The notes below the pieces were generated by a model that saw only the letters and a program-made list of their open reading frames with translations, had not been told where the DNA came from and did not search any database. DNA of 64,000 nucleotides, taken from the human T2T-CHM13v2.0 reference genome, Homo sapiens. Positions 43,993 through 57,882 of this stretch are shown here, piece after piece. Numbering within the stretch: position 1 is the first letter of the stretch; every line of letters starts with the position of its first letter. Position numbers and translations under genes: made by a program. The DNA lies in NCBI RefSeq assembly GCF_009914755.1, contig NC_060931.1. One strand, given 5' to 3'.

Positions 43993-46900
43993 GTATGTAT
44001 TTAAATATAATCTTCTACAACTCTCATAGATGCAGTGTTATAGGAGGTAATTTTGGTAAACTGACAAATATAGAGGACTTAGAGCTTTAGAAATGTTTTA
44101 ATTATTAATTTTGTAGCTTTAGATAAGCTGTCTAATTTTCTGAATATCAGATACCACATCTATAAAATGGCAACTAAAAAAATCTATTCTTCCCATAAGA
44201 ATAACCCCATTTTACAGATGAGAAAAACTGAGATTTAATAAGGAAAATCATTTTTCCAGAATACACAGTAATAAGTAGCAAAGCAAAGTACACACCTCCA
44301 AGTTCACTTTCTGGTATTTGCCTGGGCTGAGAGGTATGAGAAAGGAATGAATAAGAGGCTGAGGTGTTCAGAGCTTGGGAGATCATTTCTGGTTGGGATA
44401 ATAAGGAAAACTTTATGGGAGAACCGCCTTTGAACTGAGTCTTGACACAGTATTTGGGTTTTAAAGTGCTCATCTTTGTGTTGGCAGCCCCCAAGAAGGA
44501 GCCTAGCACCTTATCAGTACTGAAAATAAATGCACTGAGTTATTAATGAATAAGAAGTGAATCTTCTTCCCAGTTTCCTTCTTTGGAGGAAAAGAAATTT
44601 GCTCTTTTTAGGTACAGCCAAGGGAAATGACACCAGAGGGGTGTCTCTAGAATGCCGTCTGTTTTTTGAAGCTGACACAGTAGTTAAAAGCATTTTTAAA
44701 TGTCCAGAGAACACAATCAGATACATCTGCTGACTTGTCCTTTTCAGTTTTTACTGAGGTTGTCACTTGTTCATTAAAGAAGTCGTTGAAGTGACCTTTG
44801 CACTGGAAAGGACTTCTAACCTTTCCAAGTAGATGGACCTCTTTGATATCAGTCCTGCAATGAATTCAATGATTTTTTTTTGCCATGTATAATATTAATT
44901 TAATAATCATCTGCTTTTGAAGATTAGGCGTTAAAACAACAAGCTTTTATTGTTTTAATGTGATATTTCCAAGAATCGTTTATCCTTTAACAAAAAAATA
45001 GAATTCAAGACAACAGTGATGAATAGCTATATTTACTATGACACTAAATTTTAAACTAAATTGCCCCAAAGTGAGGAAATTTAATTACATTTCTATCAGT
45101 AGTACTAAATACTATAGCATACTGTCCAGTAAATAATAGACAATCGATTAGAAAAAAGAAAGTGGATTTAACCATCCCCTCTTCTTAAATATAATAGACC
45201 AAATTACTAATTAAATAAATATGATTTTTTTGTCACACAGTTTTATCAATTCTGTTTTATTAAAACCCTTCACTGGTTCTGCATCACTTTTGGAATAAAG
45301 TTCAAACTGCTTGTTATTGCATGGCAGGCTCTGTGTAGGTTTACTAGTCTTAGTGCTTAAGCCTCCCCAACTAGCATCCTTCCCTTACATTGAACTCCAT
45401 GAAGTCCCCTGAAGATGCAAGACCACATTCTTCCAGGTTGCATTTGTACATTTGGCTTCCCCATTGATGGCATATTCCTCTCCACTGTCTTCATTTCCCT
45501 GCCTCCTCATTCTTCAAGACTCAAGTTGAGCATTGCATCCACTAGGAGGCCATCTCTGACTCTGCTTCTGTCCCCCTAAGTCTGGCCCTGGCAATGGCCA
45601 CAGGACTGCACACTCAAGGAGACACCATACCCATAGATGGTAAATGGTGCTCCTCTGGAGGTTGTACGATGTGCTCAGCTTCTCCAGACTTCATAGCAGT
45701 TACCACATTATGGTAATTGTCTATTTACTTTTGTGTCTCTGCCAGCAATCTCTGAGCCCCATAATGGAAGTAAATAAGTCTTTTATCTCTTTATCTCCAT
45801 GGCCAAACTAAAGTAAAGCTCTCTTTCACTAAATATTCACTGCATGGCTGAAAGACTCCATTTCCACATAATAAAAACATAGCAAGTTATACTTAATGGG
45901 TGCTTCCTGCACTGTTTAATGTGTAGATCTGTATATAATTCTGATTTAATGTAGAACATTGCTTTCACAGTTAAGTGTTAAAGGCCCAAAGTAATAATCC
46001 ATAATAACAAAAACAGTAATAGCTACTGTGTATTGTGTGACTCTACCAGGCATTGGAACCAGACAATATTTGACGTAGACCTCACTTCACTCTTATGAAG
46101 TTGGCCTCATTGTCTTCATTTTACAGTTTGGGAAGCTGATATTAAATGGCTTGCCCAAGTTTACACAACTAGAAAGGAATGGAGTCAGTATTTGAACCCA
46201 AGTCTCCCTGAATCTAAAGCTTTGCAAACTTCTGTCCACTGTACTTGACATTTATACAGGAACATAATTTCTGCTTACATAAAAAACTGATGACTTTAAA
46301 GACATGAAGCTTCAAAAAAATAGTAATGGATTTTGAGTGTTTTGTTTATCCTAAGGTCAAACACAGAAACAACACTTTCTTAACTACTTGGTGTTTTGGG
46401 TTCTAGAAATACATGATAGGACCTATAAAGTAAGGAAAATAATTTTCTTGAATGGAGCTTGTAGGAATCGATTTTATTCCCTTAGACTATGTGTGTATAT
46501 TGTCACAGAATTTCACATCCCTGCTGCAATACTATTATGACTGCCATAGTAATAATAATTTATTTATCACCTATTTGTCTGTGGTTTGGTTCCAAAATAA
46601 ATGGCAGAACTAACTAGAAAAACAGCAACTCAAAATAGACTCACTCATTTAAATTGAAGGGACTTAAATATGCAATACTTAAGGAAAAACTAGAAAGTTT
46701 AACAATAAAAATGCACATTTACAGGCTGTTTTTGTTGTCTACTTATCCTATATGTGTGCCTTCCCCAGCTTCCTCAAGAAAATCCAGTCACACCAACTAC
46801 TTTGTTATGTTTGTATTTTTGACTAAATATTTATGGAGTGATGGGGAGAGGCTACAAAACTCAGCATCTCATCAAAATATCTGCCTACAGCTTAGACAAT

Positions 46901-47261
46901 ATTGCTTATATAGTGTTATCCGCTTATATTGTATATCCTTAGGATAAATAAAAGTGCTCAAAAGACAATCCTAGTTTTTATTAGTGTTTTGTATCTTTAT
47001 GGCCATCAGTTTTTATTCTAAAATTATGTTAGCAGAAACACATCTCTTCTGCAGTCTCCCTTGCTGGGCCTTAGAGTCTTTGCCTTCAGATTGTTTGACC
47101 CTCCTCTTTGGTCAGTTCCCCTCACAGAGTCTCAGCTGCTACCCTCATCCCACCCAAGTCTTCACGTCTTCTTAAGGCAGGAAAATTAGCTTTGTCCCAG
47201 GTCCTTCAAACTTGCCTGCCCGTGCTCATCCTAATGAGCTCAGCAATCAAAAAAGGCCCTT

Positions 47262-48078
47262 TTTGGTAGAATGATTTATTTTCTTTTGGGTGTATACCCA
47301 GTAATGGGATTGCTGGGTCAAACGGTAGCTCTGTTTTAAGTTCTTGAGAAATCTCCAGATTGCTTTCCACAATGGCTGGACTAATTTATATTCCCACCAA
47401 CAGTGTATAAGCATTCCCTTTTCCCTGCAGCCTCACTAGATGCAATGTTTGTTGGCTTTTTAATAATAGCCATTCTGAATGGTATGAGATGGTATCTCAT
47501 TGTGGTTTTGGTTTGTATTTCTCCGATGATTAGTGATGGTGAGTAGTTTTTCATATGTTTCTTAGCAGTTGTATGCCTTCTTCTAAGAAGTGACATATGC
47601 ACTTATATGTTCATTGCTGTGCTAGTCACAATAGCAAAGATATGGAATCAACCCATGTGCTCAGTGGTAGATTAAAAAAATGTAGTACATATACACTATG
47701 GAACACTACACAGTCATAAAAAATGAAATCATGTTTTTTTGCAGCAAGATGGATGGAGCTGCAGGTCATAATCCTAAGTGAACTAATGCAGGGACAGAAA
47801 ACCAAGTACCTCATGTTCTCACTTATAAGTGGGAGCTAAACATTAATTACACATAGACATAAACATGGGAACAGTAGACACTGTGGTGTACGAGAGAGTG
47901 GAGAGGTGGGTGAGTTAAAAAGTCTCCCTATCAAATATAATGCTCACTAGCTGAGTGATGGGATTTGTACTCTAAACCTCAGCATCTTTTAGTATTCTCA
48001 TGTAACAAACCTGCATATGTGCTCTTCTATCTAAAATAAAAGTTGAAGTAAAAATAAATAAATACATAAATATTTTTT
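47262..48078 (+). mobile_element. Older primate L1 (L1PA13-16/L1PB-like) with 5' inversion (twin priming)
   Basis: 47262-47592 is antisense ORF2 sequence. 47592-48070 is the sense ORF2 end, 3'UTR and A-rich tail. Degenerate TSD aaaaaaggccctt / aaaaggggccctt. Confidence 0.85.
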
Positions 48079-49250
48079 AAAAGGGGCCCTTCGTTTGCCA
48101 AAACATATCCCCTTCTAGGGGGGATCAGAGATGATACAGAACTTTTTTTTTCTGGTTACATAGACTAATATGCACATTTATGATTTTAAAGTTTCAATCA
48201 TTGTCAAAATATATCATTTTGAGACAGCAATGAAATAGAAAAGTCAGGTCATGTTGGTTGGATGAGTCTCATCCATACAGTTACATATTCAGTCGATTCT
48301 TTTTTGGATTTAATACAAACCACTGTCAAATAATTAATATGCCCTTATGCGTATAGGGCCTTTCTGATTCCTCTTTCTTCTGAACCATCATAATCCCTGA
48401 CCTGCAGCTGTGGCACTTTGCCTTTCTTGCCTTGCTTCAGGGGTGTTTATGTGCATGCCTTAGTTTCTTAGTAGATCCCTGTCTAATTGATCTCAGTGTT
48501 ACCTGTAACATCTGATAAAGTACCTGGCAGGTAGTAAGAGCCCTTTGATTCCTTGATGAATGGTGAATAAGTGAATGAATTAAAACATTGGCCAAAGCTT
48601 ACTCATGTCTAAGCCTCTGGGGTTAAAAAGAGCATATGTGTTATTGGCAACAAACACAGAAGGAATGACTGGCTTTAGATTTCCAGACAGGTTGGAGCCA
48701 AGTTCTTCTTGCTGAACATCCTTTAAATAATTTAAAATTTGCAAAGCCTTCAGAAGAATACAGTACAGTAGGATTAGCATGTGTGTACAGTTCATGTTCA
48801 AAATTAAAGATCATTCCAGGAAAAGAAAGATTCTAATTTTAAAAAGATAGTATCAGTATTATGACAGAATTGTTATGAAATAGTTTCCTCTGTGACTGAA
48901 AAAAATAGCAAATAATTTACATTCTTCATTTTGACTCTGTTGATCCTCTGTAAAATTATTGTACTTAACAATAATGAACACCTAGCATATCAAGATTTAT
49001 TATGTAATAATTTTTATAGATGTCCATTGTATAACAGTCTGCATTTACTGAAATCATTATAAAGAAGTGAGCTACTTGCTTTTATTTTTGCAGTTAAAAA
49101 AGAGGAGAAATGAATCTGATTAGACCCACAGAAATTAGTTGTTTCTTTCTTCACAAACTAGGACTTGCTGTTTCCATCACGAGTCTTTACACTCAATAAG
49201 CATTTATTATCATTTGTCCTGTGCATAGAAATACTGTGTTCCTATGAAAG

Positions 49251-49561
<311 letters not shown>

Positions 49562-50387
49562 TAATGGATATACTATCTCCTTCGGAACTGAATTTGAGAA
49601 TAAGAATTGAGGATTGTATTTATATTCAGTTTTGATTTTTATTAAATTCAATCTGAAAATTTTTATTACATGAAATTATAAAGCGTAGAAAATATAGATA
49701 AGCACACAGAAGAAAATAAAAATACCCTGTAATTACACTACCCAGAGATAACTATTATGAAGATTTTGGTAAATATCCATCCAGATCTTTCTCTGAAATT
49801 TTTTAAAAATGTTATTATACTTCACAAAAAATGAGAGTATACCACATGTCTGTTTACTGATTTTTTTTACTTCATATTATACCTTTAATACATCATTCTT
49901 AATTTTATGTTGTATTCCATCATATAGTTATAACTGTATATTAAACCTTAACCAGTTCCTCAATTTTGGACCTTCAGTTCATATATTTTTTGCCATTATA
50001 AATATCTAACATCCTCATTTTGACCAAGAGGAGAAGTAAAAGCTAGCATAAAAATTGTCAAAATCTTGCTCTCAATAAATGCATTGTAGGAAAATGTATT
50101 TTTAGAAATACATTATAAATAATCGCAAAAACCATGTGAGATTTATATATTCATATAAACTCTGTAAGGTTAGAGACCAGGCCTTATTCATTTTTTGCAT
50201 TCACAGCAGGCGCTCAATAGATTATTTGTGAATTAATGCATATTTTATCTGTATTTCCATTTGTATGGAGAGTGCCATTTATTAGGAAGGCATTTCTTTT
50301 TGGCATCATGGAATGGACACTGGCTCTTCTAAGGATCACAGAATTTAATAGAACCATCTGGTCCTGAAAGAGTTAGTGAAAACTGTC

Positions 50388-50694
50388 TTTTTTTTTTTTT
50401 TTTTTTTTTTTTTTGACAGAGTCTCTCTTTGTCACCCAGGCTTGAGCACAGTGTATCGATCTCTGCTTACTGCAGCCTCTACCTCCTGGGTTCAAGCGAT
50501 TCTCCTGCGTCAGCCTCCCTAGTAGCTGGGACTACAGGCGCATGCTACCACGCCCGACTAATTTTTGTATTTTTAGCAGAGACGGGGTTTCACCATGTTG
50601 GCCAGACTGGTCTCGAACTCCTGACCTCAGGTGATCCGCCTGCCCTCACCTCCCAAAGTGCTGAGATTACAGGCGTGAGCCATCGTGCTTGGCC
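50388..50694 (-). mobile_element. AluS
   Basis: Full dimer with long poly(T). Confidence 0.9.
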
Positions 50695-50899
50695 AATAAA
50701 AACTGTTTGTTTGTTTGTTTTTTAAATAATGAGTACTACATGTGAATAACAGTACAAACATAGCAAAAGTATGAAGTAGATTAAGTTCAACTGTATCCAC
50801 GCCTTCCAGGCATCAGATGCTTTCATGCTGCCTTCTTACCACCTTACAAGGTTTTTCTGCTAAGAAGCAGGGACCTGCTAAAGCACAGGGGGGAAAAAC

Positions 50900-51120
50900 A
50901 GACCTTAAAGTTCAGTAGACTTGATTTTAAACTCCAGCACCAATACTTATTAGTCATATAAAAATTGTCAACTTACTTAAACTCCCCAAGCTTCAGTTTC
51001 TTCACCTATAGAATGGAAAAGTTAAAAATGGTCACCCTATAGGGTTGTGGTGAGGTTTAAATGACCTAAAATTTGCAAAGCAGTACAGTCCCTTGAATGT
51101 AACGTGCTACTGACTCATAA
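50900..51120 (+). mobile_element. MIR relic
   Basis: acttacttaaactccccaagcttcagtttcttcacctatagaatgg..ggttgtggtgaggtttaaatga. Confidence 0.65.
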
Positions 51121-53144
51121 CTAGTATCATTGTCATGTGTATATATGGACAGCCAAGATATCACAGTGAGTATGGTATACTATTCAAGTTTTTCATGATT
51201 AAGGTGTTCTTAAATAATTGTTGAATAGAATTATGGATGCACTTCAAATCTCATTTGCTAGCATTGTAATATATTTAATACAAACTTAAAAAAACCAAAA
51301 CAATAAAAGATAAAATAGTTGTCAGGACAGAGTAGCATAAAGGGAGTGTCTTTGTAGCATAATATTTTGACCTATGAGAAATTTTGTACAATTTCCTGAA
51401 AAAACGTCATAATGAATTATACATTAGTAGACTTACCTTCTTGAAGGTCAGTGGGTTGTTACTAGCATTTGTTAAGGTCACATGTATGTAAACACTGTAC
51501 TGCACCTATGTTTTAAAAAGTGAAATGAATATTATTTACTTCTTGGAAGATTATATACTACAAATTGAACTGTTGATGAAGTCACTCTGGGTCCCTAAAG
51601 ACTGAGTGAAAGAGGTAGAATTAGAAAGACTTCTTTTGGCTATTAATCTAAAGTGAATATGTAATCATTCAGAAGTACAAAACAGGGATAGATCTTTTCC
51701 AATTACATTCAGCATTTGTGTCAATGTTTACATTAGTTGTTTTAGGATCTGCTACTGCCTGAGGAGAAGTCACAACCTCATTGGTTACCTTCTGGGTCTG
51801 TAAGTCATTCAGCTTTTCTCTCAGCAGTCATTGTCTTACTACTTTTAAAAATGAGGCTCATAAACTTCAAATAAGGAAGTGGTGGACTTATTAGCATGTA
51901 TTTACGAAGCACTTTTGGCATGAGCTGTGTTATACTGTACAGAACTTCAAATTAGTGGGAAATAACTGAGTGAGACCTAGTGTAGTCTCAGGTAATTATG
52001 ACATTTTCTCTGCCACTCCCTAAGAATCACCTCCCTGCCATTTCGTATCAATCCATATTTTACTCAGAATACCTGAAGCTAAGACTGCGCCTTTTCCCTC
52101 AGGGCAGATTGTGCTTCTTCCAAGGCAGGCTAGAGAGGAACAGAAGTGGAAAGAATCTCCTATCTCCCCTTGGTCATCTGCATCAACTTTCTTGATTAAC
52201 AAAGATTTGTCACAGCCAAGGAATGCATTTGCATTTCTCTGTCTCTTTTCTTTTTTTCTTCATCATTCAGTGCTTTGCTTATTAATATTTTAGCACCGGT
52301 TCCACAGATCACATCCATTCCTACGTACTAGGTGTTCACTCTTCATTTAAGTAATGAGAGGATGAATGATAAAGCACAGGACTTTGTGTCAGCTAAAAGT
52401 TTAAGAAGCTTATACCATTTTTAGTAGGAAATGTGTATAAATTTGAAAAGAATTTGGCCTAAATGGCAGAATTTTTCATAAGTTTTTTATACATTCCTCT
52501 ATCAATGGAGTGCAGAATTTAGAATCTAAAACCACTCGTTACATCTGAGAGCTTACTAAATCTAAGTGTTTGAAAGCTATCACAGGAATGAGCATCCTAA
52601 AGGCTGAGACACTATCTTCTTCTTCTGTATGTCTAGAGTGCCTAGAACCAAGCAGATGAGAGTGGAATGCCAAAAATAAGTTTTTAAAGCAAGAACATGT
52701 ATAGCTCCCTGATAAAGGAGACTACATTCTCATTCTTTATAGTGAGGATTCTTTGCTCACTGCTCATGTATGGTGCAGTGCCATTTACTTGTACTCTACG
52801 TGACTTGACGTGGGCCCCAGACTCACAGCCAGAAGCCTGCACTAACCAGTAACTAGGTTCTCCTTCTTAGCCAGTGTGCCCTGAAGAATCAGTAACTATG
52901 ACCCAGATCACATGTAGACATGGAAAGGAATCAGTATGTGAGATATAGGCCTGAGGGAGAGAATGAAGCTTCAACAGTTTCGAACTCCTCATGATCAGGA
53001 AAATTATATTTTTGTTACTATTTTACTTTATAGTAGCTTGTATTTGATGTCTGAGTACATATTGATCTGGAAAAATGTTATTGATTTTCAATCCAGAAAA
53101 TGTACTTTACAGAGTAGGTATGCTTCTAATAAGATAATTGGGCT

Positions 53145-53484
53145 GGCCGGGTGCGGTGACTCATGCCTGTAATCCCAGCACTTGGGGAGGCTGAGGTGAG
53201 AGGATCACGAGGTCAGGAGATCGAGACCATCCTGGCTAACACGGTGACCATCCCGGCTAACACAGTGAAACCTCATCTCTACTAAAAATACAAAAAAAAA
53301 ATAGCCGGGCATGGTGGTGGACACCTGTAATCCCAGCTGCTCGGGAGGCTGAGGCAGGAGAATGGTGTGAACCCAGGAGGCGGAGTTTGCAGTAAGGCGA
53401 GATTGTGGCACTGCACTCCAACCTGGATGACAGAGCGAGACTGTCTCAAAAAAAAAAAAAAAAAAAAACACAAAACAAAAAACA
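53145..53484 (+). mobile_element. AluY with internal 21-bp tandem duplication
   Basis: TSD aagataattgggct (53131-53144, 53485-53498); duplication at 53225-53266. Confidence 0.9.
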
Positions 53485-54155
53485 AAGATAATTGGGCTGA
53501 TTTCAATAGGAAATATATGCAAAACCTGGGAAATTTAGTGTCTATTAATCACTTCTTCTATGGTCATTCCATGGTTTGAACACCAAATAGTGTGTATGGA
53601 ATTAACTAAATTGTTATTTAAAAGATTCAGCTCTATCTTATAGAAAGGAAACCCTTTGGCAAGATCATAAACTACATATAGAAATATAGGCTTTTCTGTT
53701 AATAACATTCTAAAGTATGTATGTTTTTTTCACCATAAGAGCCTGTGTCTCCACATCTAAAATAAAAGATTTACCTGAAGCTTGATAGCATACAACTATA
53801 TTGTTGATTAACAATAAACACAGGTATTTAAAAAGTAAATTTCTAATTAAAATATAAACTCAAGCTATTAAACAAATAACTAACAAACTCTTACAGATTT
53901 ACAAGGAGGAGAACAAAGAAGTGAAAACTTATGGGCAAGAAAATATAACTTTCTTTTTGGAGCTCTACTTTATATTAATGTTGATTCATAAATTTTGACA
54001 CGTCTACTGATTGCTACTACTAAGGCGAGACAAACATAGACATCCAACCAAAGTCGTTTCTGCTGCTTAGGCAGTAGTCCTTTGGATGTTTTGCAATGAA
54101 TCCTTTATTTTTTTCTTAAGAGATTGTTATGCTTTGTATGTATGCATAAAATTAA

Positions 54156-54379
<224 letters not shown>

Positions 54380-54613
54380 AAAATTAATGCATTTCCAAAC
54401 AGTTTCATCTTGAAGTGTATAGTTCACTTTAAATCATTCCCATTCTGTAAAAAGTGGAATTGATTTTTGGAGGACGAAGTCTACAAATGATATTGTCCAG
54501 AGTCACTTCCAACTTTTCTAAAAGTGAACTTGGGATTCATTAGAAGCAAGAACGAGCTTGTTGCTCCAATGATAGAAACGTGAATAGCTCACTTGAGACA
54601 ATTTGAAGGTCTT

Positions 54614-54629
54614 CTGCCATCTGGTGGAC
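54614..54629 (-). promoter_or_regulatory. Candidate CTCF site
   Basis: Minus strand GTCCACCAGATGGCAG matches the CTCF core CCASYAGRKGGCRS; not within a repeat I recognise. Confidence 0.65.
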
Positions 54630-56256
54630 ATCAGTAGAAGTCTCACTCAGTAGAGTAACATCATGTAGTATACACCTAAATTAAAATATATTTTCTTATT
54701 CTGAATTCATGTTTTTTGACAATGAAATAATTTTTCTTTTATTTCTAAAGGAACACCCCAACCTAAGCCCTCCCTAAACAAAAAATAACATCAAAGGTTT
54801 GAAGTGAAAAATAATTTCTAACTGATATAAAGCTATACATGTATTTATTTGTAAAAGGTATATATATATATTCATATTTCCTAAATAATTTCTGTACCAC
54901 TGCTAGCATACTGTACATATGCTATGCCATTGCTATCATATTGTACATATGCTAAAATTGTGACTACTAAGTATTATATGTAAAATTTGTTTCCATTTGT
55001 AAGACCAATTGTTAGTTGTGGGTGCCCTCCGGTGTTCATGAGGTGAACTGCAAACTAGCAGAGACAAGTCATTTTGGTCACAATCGGCGGCAGTTGTTAA
55101 CATATTTTTGAGTCCTTGTAATTGTTGTATCAGTGATGACTGATTTACCTAAGTCTACTGCATGCTCTCATTGAGTGGCTTTGTAACTTCAGGTGTCACC
55201 TGAAAACAAGTAAGTATATTAATTAATATTCAGCCTGAGAGATCTTTCTCTCCCTCTGCTTTGCAAATCTGGCCCATGAAGAGATATTTATTACTCTGCT
55301 TCGTTAGTAAAATATCATAAAATGTTATAGTTTTTCTTTTCCAAATTAGTCCAAACTATCACATTATAAGTGCATTTTGGAAAGTACCAGGGCACTCTCT
55401 GATGGGACTAAATTTGGGGCATGATTCCCAGCATGGGCCTGAATTCATTTTAAGAAGTCTCTGAATGATTTTTCATAATACTACTTTTTCAGATGAGACA
55501 AACAAGTCTCTTAATTCCCTAAAATTATTTTCTTAATTTACTTATGATAACAAAATGGGATTTTTGTCAGCACGTCTGAAAAATACTGAAATGGCAATTT
55601 TAGGTTTTCTTTGGTTTTCTCTGGTTGGGAATTTTAAATTAGTTCAAGGATTGTCTAATAACAAAATGTTCCGATAATAGTATGTCTTTCACAATTGAAA
55701 TTATCCTCATCCTGAACTGAATATATTTTCAGGTACCAAACAAGAGAAATTAAGTCATCATGAGCTTGCAGATATTCTTTGTTCATTTATTTCTAAAAAT
55801 GAATCTGTATGCCAGGTATATTCAAAACAATGTTCTAGGCAATATAGAACTACAGAGCTATGGTTCTTATGTTTATAATCCACTAGAGGAGTCAAGATTC
55901 ATTCAGGAAAAATACAATACGAAAGTATGCAAATAATGCAGTAATAATGATAAAATAGGCAATTGACAATGACAGAGATCACTTCAGTAGAGATTAATGT
56001 GAGTAATGAAGGAGGTAGCATTTGACCAAGACCTTTCCAGAATGGAAAGCTGGGATTTGAACAGATAGAGTTAAGAGGGGTGGAAAGAGTATTTTAGATA
56101 TAGGAAATGGAATAAGCAAAAGCTCCACAGTGGGAAAGTGTAACTTTTTACTTTACATTGAAATAAAACACAATAAAATTTTTATAGAATATGTTTTATT
56201 TATTCAAGTCCTCAAGGCTAAGTTCTATCAACAACTGTACTTTTTTCTCTCTGAAG

Positions 56257-56441
56257 TTTGTAGTTCAGAACCAGAAAATGTTCAGGCTGACCCAGAGAAT
56301 TATACCAGCCTTCTTGTTACATGGGAAAGACCTCGAGTCGTTTATGATACCATGATTGAGAAGTTTGCAGTTTTGTACCAGCAGTTGGATGGAGAGGACC
56401 AAACCAAGCATGAATTTTTGACAGATGGCTATCAAGACTTG
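56257..56441 (+). CDS. PTPRZ1: PTPRZ1 exon 9 (185 nt), FN3 domain first half
   Basis: ctctctgaag|TTTGTAGT...GACTTG|gtaact. Translates (V)[61 protein letters not shown]. The acceptor is AAG. Confidence 0.95.
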
Positions 56442-57735
56442 GTAACTATATGATCAGTTGTTTTACATAGGGTAACATTATAATTTAATTTCCAAGGTAA
56501 GAACTTACAAATGGTTGTATATTATTTTCCTCCATTACTTTTAGACTTTATGTGAAGGTGGGGTAGGCTGAGTATTTTTAAATTTAAAAAAAAATTTTAA
56601 ATTAGAAGCTATACTAAATTATGTTTAAAGTTACATTTAATTAAATGGATATCATAACTTTGCCAACAATAACACTATAGAGTAGATACATATGACTTAT
56701 GAACTGGAGATCATTTAGTGTGGCCTTTCTTAAGATTTCAGTTGTAGAATAGTGCCAGAATCTCAGTGCCCTGATACATTTTATATTGTGTCTTCCATTA
56801 CGCTATATCAGCACAGGAAAAGTAGAGTAGGGGACATACAAGTCCTCTTTGTTGCACCAAAAAATTTTCAGATAACAGCTGGGAAGTCATGATTGGGTCA
56901 GAACTTTGGGGATGTAAGAAAACATTTCTTACAAAAAGATCCACCCCTGCCTCCCTCCACCAGCGCATGCGAATAAAGTACAGATTCCTTTTGTGGCCTG
57001 AGCATGTCAGTATTAAACTTTGCTCTGGTAGGGAAGTGTTGGCCATAGATTAGGGTGTAGTTGACAAACCTTCATCTGGATGTAGGTCCAGAAAGTCCCC
57101 ACTGCAGGTTAAAGGACACTGGACTCTGCACTCAGGCACCTAGAGTCCTGCAAGTCCTGGGAACCTGCATTTAAATAAAAATGCACTATTAATTATGTTT
57201 CATATCATGTGGACAAAATGGATAAAATTTTAGTAACCTTTTAATTCAGTTGCCTGGAATATGGAGACACAATGACCTGGGAAAATCGTGAAATAAATAG
57301 TAATAAAAATGTTTATTTCATAATTACGTGAAGAAGATAATTCTATTACTGTTCTTGCATATATATTGTCAAGAAAAAGAGATAACTTAGTTGTTCACTT
57401 TTTCACATTGCTCCTTGTTTGCAAATGCCCCCCATTTATTTGTCTAAAATATTAATTTTTAGTTTGTAGTACTAATTTATGAATTTGATGAGTTCTGGCT
57501 AAAAATGAAACTTCCTGAAACTAAATCTGATTTTTAAAAAGCAAAAAAAAAAAAAAAAGCCTAGCTTTCCAGTTCTTCATAATTCACAAATACCACAAGT
57601 TTAACTAAGCAACATTGCATAAACTTTTCCTTAGGTTAATAAAATAGAAGTATTTTCCACGGACCAGGGAGAAAAAGTTTTCTAGGAAAGATACCTAGTG
57701 TGTTGGTAGTCCTATGAGAATAACATTTGTATAAT

Positions 57736-57742
57736 TACTAAC
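57736..57742 (+). promoter_or_regulatory. Perfect branch-point / QKI-SF1 motif TACTAAC before exon 10
   Basis: attTACTAACatctttcttttag. Confidence 0.55.
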
Positions 57743-57755
57743 ATCTTTCTTTTAG

Positions 57756-57882
57756 GGTGCTATTCTCAATAATTTGCTACCCAATATGAGTTATGTTCTT
57801 CAGATAGTAGCCATATGCACTAATGGCTTATATGGAAAATACAGCGACCAACTGATTGTCGACATGCCTACTGATAATCCTG
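57756..57882 (+). CDS. PTPRZ1: PTPRZ1 exon 10 (127 nt), FN3 domain second half
   Basis: cttttag|GGTGCTATT...AATCCTG|gtaagt. Translates [42 protein letters not shown] (FN3 L.P...Y motif). Confidence 0.97.

Noticed and set aside
56574-56589. 16-bp perfect palindrome tttttaaatttaaaaa
   Set aside because: Low-complexity A/T sequence; expected by chance in this composition.
56442-57310. Possible intronic polyadenylation after exon 9 (early TGA, several AATAAA)
   Set aside because: AATAAA is common in AT-rich introns and there is no independent support in the sequence.
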